Assembly: GCA_016763155.1 (NCBI GenBank)
Contig: JAESUH010000070.1
Location: 2,507-66,506, forward strand
DNA from: Rhizobiaceae bacterium
GTDB taxonomy: Bacteria; Pseudomonadota; Alphaproteobacteria; Rhizobiales; Rhizobiaceae
DNA length: 64,000 nucleotides
Reading direction: 5' to 3'
Position 1 is the stretch's first letter. Each line of letters opens with the position of its first letter. Both the position numbers and the translations under genes were made by a program. Shown in pieces: positions 59,259 through 64,000 of the stretch. Below the pieces are notes generated by a model. It was given only the letters and a program-made list of their open reading frames with translations. It was not told where the DNA came from and did not search any database.

Positions 59259-60524
59259 ATGAGTAGCGGTTCAGAAATGAAAACTGGCGATGCAATGGCA
59301 CTTGGCATGAGTGAGCGGCTGCGCCCGCTGCATGGGAAAGTTGCAAAAATGATAGCCGAGGAAATTTTGCCGCTGGATGATGAATATCTTGCCGAGGTGG
59401 AAAAGGGAGACCGATGGACCCATACGCCAAGGCAGGATGAAATTCTCAACAGTTTGAAAGCCAAGGCAAAGGAACGTGGCCTGTGGAATTTCTGGCTAAC
59501 TGATTCTGATCGGGGCTATGGATTGAGCACCGTGGAATATGCTTATCTGGCCGAGGAAATGGGTAAATCTCACCTTGGGGCCGAGATATTTAACTGTAGC
59601 GCGCCTGACACGGGCAATATGGAAGTGCTGGAGCGCTACGGTACTGAGGAGCACAAGAAGAAATGGTTAGCGCCTTTGCTGGAAGGTGAGATTCGTTCTG
59701 CCTATTTGATGACTGAGCCTGATGTGGCCTCGTCTGATGCGACCAATATCGAGATGAGCTGTATCCGGGAAGGTGACGAATACGTGCTCAATGGTGAAAA
59801 ATGGTGGTCATCTGGAGCAGGTGATTCTCGTTGTAAAATTTACATTGTGATGGTGGCATCACCTGACGAAGAGCGCACGAGACACCAACAGCATTCAATG
59901 ATTCTGGTTTCTGCCGATACGCCGGGAATTACCAAAATACGCCCGATGCAGGTTTATGGCCTGGATGATGCGCCGCATGGTCATTTGCATATTAAATTTG
60001 AAAATGTACGCGTGCCTGCCAGTGATTTATTGCTTGGTGAGGGGCGAGGGTTCGAAATTTCGCAGGGGCGGCTTGGACCCGGACGGATTCACCATTGTAT
60101 GCGTGCCATTGGACAGGCTGAGCGCGCATTGGAACAAATGTGCCAACGATCTATTCGCCGTGAAGCATTTGGCAAACCACTGGCACAATTGGGTGGCAAT
60201 TTTGATATTATCGCCAACTGCCGGATGGAAATTGAGCAGGCACGTCTGCTTTGCCTGAAAGCTGCATGGATGATGGATCAAGGGGATGCACGCGCTGCGG
60301 CACCATGGATTTCACAGATTAAAGTGGTGGCTCCTCTAATGGCGCTTAAAGTCATCGATGAAGCCGTGCAAATGCATGGAGCGCAGGGGATTTCGCAGGA
60401 TTTCTCACTGGCTCGTGCCTGGCAACATGTGCGCACCTTGCGGTTTGCTGATGGGCCGGATGCCGTGCATCGCCGTCAGGTCGCTAGGGCGGAACTGAAA
60501 AAATATACTCAGCAAAAAATGTAA
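59259..60524 (+). CDS. Acyl-CoA dehydrogenase family protein (ACAD10/11-like subgroup)
   Basis: ACAD three-domain pattern. GAGGAG RBS 7 nt before ATG 59259. Confidence 0.88.
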   Translation: MSSGSEMKTGDAMALGMSERLRPLHGKVAKMIAEEILPLDDEYLAEVEKGDRWTHTPRQDEILNSLKAKAKERGLWNFWLTDSDRGYGLSTVEYAYLAEEMGKSHLGAEIFNCSAPDTGNMEVLERYGTEEHKKKWLAPLLEGEIRSAYLMTEPDVASSDATNIEMSCIREGDEYVLNGEKWWSSGAGDSRCKIYIVMVASPDEERTRHQQHSMILVSADTPGITKIRPMQVYGLDDAPHGHLHIKFENVRVPASDLLLGEGRGFEISQGRLGPGRIHHCMRAIGQAERALEQMCQRSIRREAFGKPLAQLGGNFDIIANCRMEIEQARLLCLKAAWMMDQGDARAAAPWISQIKVVAPLMALKVIDEAVQMHGAQGISQDFSLARAWQHVRTLRFADGPDAVHRRQVARAELKKYTQQKM

Positions 60525-60543
60525 CCCCGGAGATTTTGCGAAA

Positions 60544-61512
60544 ATGAAAGCGATTATTTGCGAGGAATATGGCTCGATCGATAAATTGGTATATGGGGAT
60601 ATGGATGACCCCATTGCCGGTGAAAATGATTTGGTCATTGAAGCTGAAGCCATCGGTGTGAATTACCCCGATGGGTTGCTGGTTCAGGGGCTATATCAGG
60701 CAAAACCACCAACACCCTTTGTGCCTGGCATGGAGGTGGTTGGCCATGTGATTTCAATTGGCTCGGCTGTTGATAATTTTAAGGTCGGAGACCGGGTTGC
60801 CGCGATTTCTCAATTGGGATGTTACGCGGAAAAAGTGCTGGTGAACAAATCCGTTGTCATGCCTGTTCCTGATGGGATAAGTGGCGATGCAGTAACGGCT
60901 CTTTTATGCGGGTTCGGTACTTCCCATCATGCTCTCAAACAGCGTGCACAATTGGCAGAAGGTGAAACGCTTGTTGTGACGGGGGCCGCTGGTTTAACCG
61001 GGCTTGCGGCTGTGCAATTGGGCAAGGCCATGGGTGCCAGAGTTATTGGTGTGGCTTCAACTGAGGAAAAACGGAAAATCGTGCTGGAAAACGGTGCAGA
61101 TATTGCGCTTGGGTATGAAAACCTGAAGGATAACCTCAAGGAAGCCACCAATGGCAAGGGAGCCGACGTGGTGTTTGATGTGGTTGGTGGAGAAGTGTTT
61201 GACGCCTGTTCACGCGCCATGGCCTGGAAAGGGCGCTTGCTGGTGGTGGGATTTGCCTCCGGCACCATCCCTAAATTTCCAGTCAATCTGGCGCTGGTTA
61301 AAGGCTATAGTGTGGTTGGCGTGTTCTGGGGCACATTTACCCGCACGGAACCGAAAGTCTATGCGGAAAATATGGCTGAGTTGATGGGCTGGTATGAGAC
61401 CGGGAAAATTAAACCCTATGTGGAAAACACATTTGCGCTTAAGGATGCATCTGCTGCCCTCAATTATATTCATGACCGCAAGGCGGTCGGTAAAATTGTG
61501 CTGAAACCATAA
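60544..61512 (+). CDS. NADPH:quinone oxidoreductase-like MDR (zeta-crystallin type)
   Basis: MDR fold without structural zinc Cys residues; Rossmann motif VTGAAGLTG. Confidence 0.85.
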   Translation: MKAIICEEYGSIDKLVYGDMDDPIAGENDLVIEAEAIGVNYPDGLLVQGLYQAKPPTPFVPGMEVVGHVISIGSAVDNFKVGDRVAAISQLGCYAEKVLVNKSVVMPVPDGISGDAVTALLCGFGTSHHALKQRAQLAEGETLVVTGAAGLTGLAAVQLGKAMGARVIGVASTEEKRKIVLENGADIALGYENLKDNLKEATNGKGADVVFDVVGGEVFDACSRAMAWKGRLLVVGFASGTIPKFPVNLALVKGYSVVGVFWGTFTRTEPKVYAENMAELMGWYETGKIKPYVENTFALKDASAALNYIHDRKAVGKIVLKP

Positions 61513-61521
61513 GGGAATTTC

Positions 61522-62553
61522 ATGTCGCACCCAGAAAAAATGTTCGCGCTGGTTTTGTTGAATGATGGTTTTTCCAATACTCAGGAAGGGCCATCCATCA
61601 CGACTCTGGAACCTTTTCTTGAGGCAAAGGAAATAGATGTTCCTCAACCTCGTGACGGGCAGGTATTAATTCGATTGATTCGGGCCAATATTAATCCATC
61701 GGACTTGCATTTCATCAAGGGTGAATACGGATTGCCGCGAAGAATAGGCGTTCCTGCAGGGTTTGAAGGTGTTGGTGAAGTGATATTTGCCGGCAGTGGC
61801 GGCGAGGGCCTTGTGGGAAAACGCGTGGCGTTTTTAGCCTCGGCTTCTGGGGCGTGGGCTGAATATGTCATCGCAGATGCGATCACCTGTATTCCTGTGC
61901 GTGATGATTTGCGTGATGAGGATGCGGCAACCCTGTTTGTTAATCCACTCACAGCGGTTGCTATGTTTGATGAGGTTAAAAAGGCCGATACTACAAGCTT
62001 CATCATGACAGCGGCCGCAAGCCAGCTTTGTAAGCTGATCACCGGTCTTGCCAAGGATGAGGGCATTCATGCCATCTCGATTGTGCGCCGGGATGAACAA
62101 ATTGAAACATTGAAAGATCATGGTGCTACCCATGTTCTGAACTGTACGGCACCAGATTTTGAGCAAGCCATTGGCAAAATTATGCGTGATGAAAAACCGC
62201 GTATCATGCTGGATGCTGTGGCTGATCAAATCTCGGCGGATATGTTTTTTGCAATGCCAAACCGTTCGCGCTGGGTGGTTTATGGCAAGCTATCAATAGA
62301 GGCTCCGGTTATGAGCCAAATGGGGCAGTTTGTTTTCACCGGCAAATCAATTGAAGGCTTCTGGCTGACTAAATGGATGCAAGCCAAACCGCCGCAAGAG
62401 CAAATGGCTGTTATTGCGCAGGTGCAGGAACTATTTGCCAGTGGTAAGTGGAAAACCGATATCCGTGCCAGTGTACCCTTGCGCGATGCCATGAAGCGAT
62501 TGCCTGAAGAACTTAGCCATATGAACACCGGGAAAGTGATGTTGGTGCCATGA
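61522..62553 (+). CDS. MDR-family zinc-independent dehydrogenase/reductase
   Basis: GroES-like N-terminus plus a Rossmann domain. ATGA overlap with the next gene. Confidence 0.8.
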   Translation: MSHPEKMFALVLLNDGFSNTQEGPSITTLEPFLEAKEIDVPQPRDGQVLIRLIRANINPSDLHFIKGEYGLPRRIGVPAGFEGVGEVIFAGSGGEGLVGKRVAFLASASGAWAEYVIADAITCIPVRDDLRDEDAATLFVNPLTAVAMFDEVKKADTTSFIMTAAASQLCKLITGLAKDEGIHAISIVRRDEQIETLKDHGATHVLNCTAPDFEQAIGKIMRDEKPRIMLDAVADQISADMFFAMPNRSRWVVYGKLSIEAPVMSQMGQFVFTGKSIEGFWLTKWMQAKPPQEQMAVIAQVQELFASGKWKTDIRASVPLRDAMKRLPEELSHMNTGKVMLVP

Positions 62554-63473
62554 TCATTTGTTGCGGGGAAGCGCTGATCGATATGTTGCCGCGACAAATG
62601 GAAGATGGCAGTGAAGTTTTGCTGCCCGTTCCTGGCGGGGCGATATTCAATACTGCGATTGCGCTTGGACGGTTGGGTGAAGAAGCGGGTTTTTTCTCAG
62701 GTCTTTCGACAGATCTATTCGGAGAGAAACTTGCGGCTGCACTTGAAGCCTCAAAGGTTGATTACCGATATGCGGTGCGCAGTGGCGCGCCCACAACCTT
62801 GGCCTTCGTTAAACTTACGAATGGTCAGGCGAAATACACCTTCTATGATGAGAATACTGCCGGTCGGTTGCTGAGCGAAAAAGACCTTCCACAATTTGGT
62901 GATGAGGTCACCGCTTTGCATTTTGGAACTATCAGTCTGATATCTGAACCCTGCGGCGCAACGCTGGAAGCTTTGATGAAACGCGAACACAAAGCCCGGA
63001 TCATGTCGCTCGATCCTAATATCCGTGCGAGTTTCATACCCGATGCAACTGCTCATCGCGCGCGCATGAGTCGAATGATCGCTATGAGCGATATCGTCAA
63101 AGTATCTGATGAGGATTTTGACTGGCTGGTGCCGGGTGGAACTTTTGAAGATAGCGCCAAAACCTGGATTGAGAACGGTATGTCACTGGTGGTTTTGACC
63201 ATGGGCGCTGAAGGGTGCCGGGTTATCACTGCTCACCATGATGTGGTGGTTCCGGTGCAAAAAGTGCAGGTGGTTGATACCGTGGGTGCTGGCGATTCTT
63301 TCGATGGCGGTCTGCTTGCAGGGCTAAGCCGGGCAGGGGTGCTAACCAAATCTGCATTGCGCGATATGGATGAAGAAACCCTTCGCGGTGCAGTGGAACT
63401 GGCCGTAAAAGTGGCCGCAATTTCTGTTACCCGCGCTGGTGCTAATCCACCGTGGCAGGATGAACTAAACTAG
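62550..63473 (+). CDS. PfkB-family carbohydrate kinase (fructokinase-like)
   Basis: N-terminus CCGEALIDM and C-terminal DTVGAGDSF motif. Confidence 0.85.
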   Translation: MIICCGEALIDMLPRQMEDGSEVLLPVPGGAIFNTAIALGRLGEEAGFFSGLSTDLFGEKLAAALEASKVDYRYAVRSGAPTTLAFVKLTNGQAKYTFYDENTAGRLLSEKDLPQFGDEVTALHFGTISLISEPCGATLEALMKREHKARIMSLDPNIRASFIPDATAHRARMSRMIAMSDIVKVSDEDFDWLVPGGTFEDSAKTWIENGMSLVVLTMGAEGCRVITAHHDVVVPVQKVQVVDTVGAGDSFDGGLLAGLSRAGVLTKSALRDMDEETLRGAVELAVKVAAISVTRAGANPPWQDELN

Positions 63474-63475
63474 GT

Positions 63476-63736
63476 TTACCAGTCTTTTTTCCAACGACTA
63501 AGCTTTGGCAGGCCACGGGTAAAAATCCAGGCCATAAAGCCTGGCATGCCGTGCCCTTTGAGGGCATCTACACAATGAGCCTGCATTTGTTTGACGGTGA
63601 AATCCGGATGAGTGAATTTTCCATCCTTGTAGCAGAGTGAGCAGTATTCAATGCTGCGCGATCCATCGGTATTGGTGCCGCCACCTTCCGAATCTTTTTC
63701 CATGGGCATTCCGCAACTTTGACAATATTTGCTCAT
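63476..63736 (-). CDS. Zinc-ribbon domain protein
   Basis: MSKYCQSCGMP...YCSLCY gives two CxxC pairs. ATG 63736 is preferred over the TTG at 63787. Confidence 0.6.
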   Translation of the reverse strand: MSKYCQSCGMPMEKDSEGGGTNTDGSRSIEYCSLCYKDGKFTHPDFTVKQMQAHCVDALKGHGMPGFMAWIFTRGLPKLSRWKKDW

Positions 63737-63764
63737 TTCTACCTCTCGCCGGGTCTGGGAATTG

Positions 63765-63804
63765 TTGTAAGTAATATTTACAAACAATGGACCATTGTCA
63801 ATGG
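63765..63804. promoter_or_regulatory. Candidate MerR-type operator array: TTGTAA-N7-TTACAA, then CAATGG-a-CCATTG-t-CAATGG
   Basis: Dyads read directly at 63765-63783 and 63785-63804, in the 115-bp spacer between the zinc-ribbon gene and the MerR gene. Confidence 0.4.
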
Positions 63805-63851
63805 TTTTTTGATTTGCTAGGATTGGGCAATCAAAGAATTGGCGAGAGCAG

Positions 63852-64000
63852 ATGAGAATAGGCGAACTAGCAAAACGCTCCCATATGAGCAGGGATACGA
63901 TCCGTTTTTATGAACGCAACGGATTGATTTTCTCCATGCCCAGTTCCAGCGGCACGAATTCCTATCGGGATTATTTTGAAGAAACCGTAGAGATTCTCTC
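63852..64000 (+). CDS. MerR-family transcriptional regulator, N-terminal part (runs off the window)
   Basis: MRIGELAKRSHMSRDTIRFYERNGL is the canonical MerR HTH. The frame is open to the window end. Confidence 0.85.
   Translation, partial: MRIGELAKRSHMSRDTIRFYERNGLIFSMPSSSGTNSYRDYFEETVEIL

Noticed and set aside
1-64000. Searched by eye for CRISPR arrays, tRNA/rRNA genes, IS elements or integrases, prophage genes, and long direct or inverted repeats flanking the TIR islet.
   Set aside because: None found. Apart from small operator-like dyads and terminators there are no repeat arrays. No transposase or integrase-like ORFs appear in the six-frame track, and no intergenic region has tRNA-like structure that I could recognise.

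Overview
This is a 64-kb chromosomal segment with about 60 tightly packed genes. Many are translationally coupled by ATGA, TGATG or TAGTG overlaps. I saw no rRNA, tRNA, CRISPR array, transposase or integrase. By eye the GC content is moderate. The gene content suggests a probably marine alphaproteobacterium, but this taxonomic call is inference only. In order, the window holds: (1) a minus-strand operon of ROK regulator, DUF1111 di-haem protein, FG-GAP/ASPIC protein and a partial ORF. (2) A divergent xylose regulon, xylF-xylH-xylG(half-size)-xylB-xylA, plus a TIM-barrel isomerase and a Gfo/Idh/MocA oxidoreductase. (3) A Liv-type ABC importer with an embedded acyl-CoA ligase, then an enoyl-CoA hydratase and an amidase. 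(4) Guanine deaminase. (5) A glutathione-dependent formaldehyde detoxification cluster (frmA, yaiI-like, fghA). (6) fadD and a fused 1187-aa indolepyruvate:ferredoxin oxidoreductase. (7) trhO, a GST and a membrane protein. (8) A minus-strand run of a PotABCD-like ABC transporter and creatinase. (9) Immediately upstream on the same strand, a three-gene bufferin-like RiPP operon: a Sec-signal 6-Cys precursor, a DUF692/MNIO oxidase and a DUF2063 partner. I consider this the most interesting system here. (10) SCP2, an acyl-CoA ligase, ilvA and a PNPOx-like gene. (11) A ureide/purine catabolism cluster (alc, puuE-uraD fusion, uraH, puuD). (12) A solitary TIR-domain gene in an AT-rich islet, which is a candidate defence gene. 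(13) An amino-acid ABC pair without an ATPase. (14) A split MFE-2-like beta-oxidation cluster. (15) A PfkB kinase, a zinc-ribbon protein and a partial MerR regulator. All functional calls rest on motif and family recognition by eye from the translated ORFs; no database search was run.
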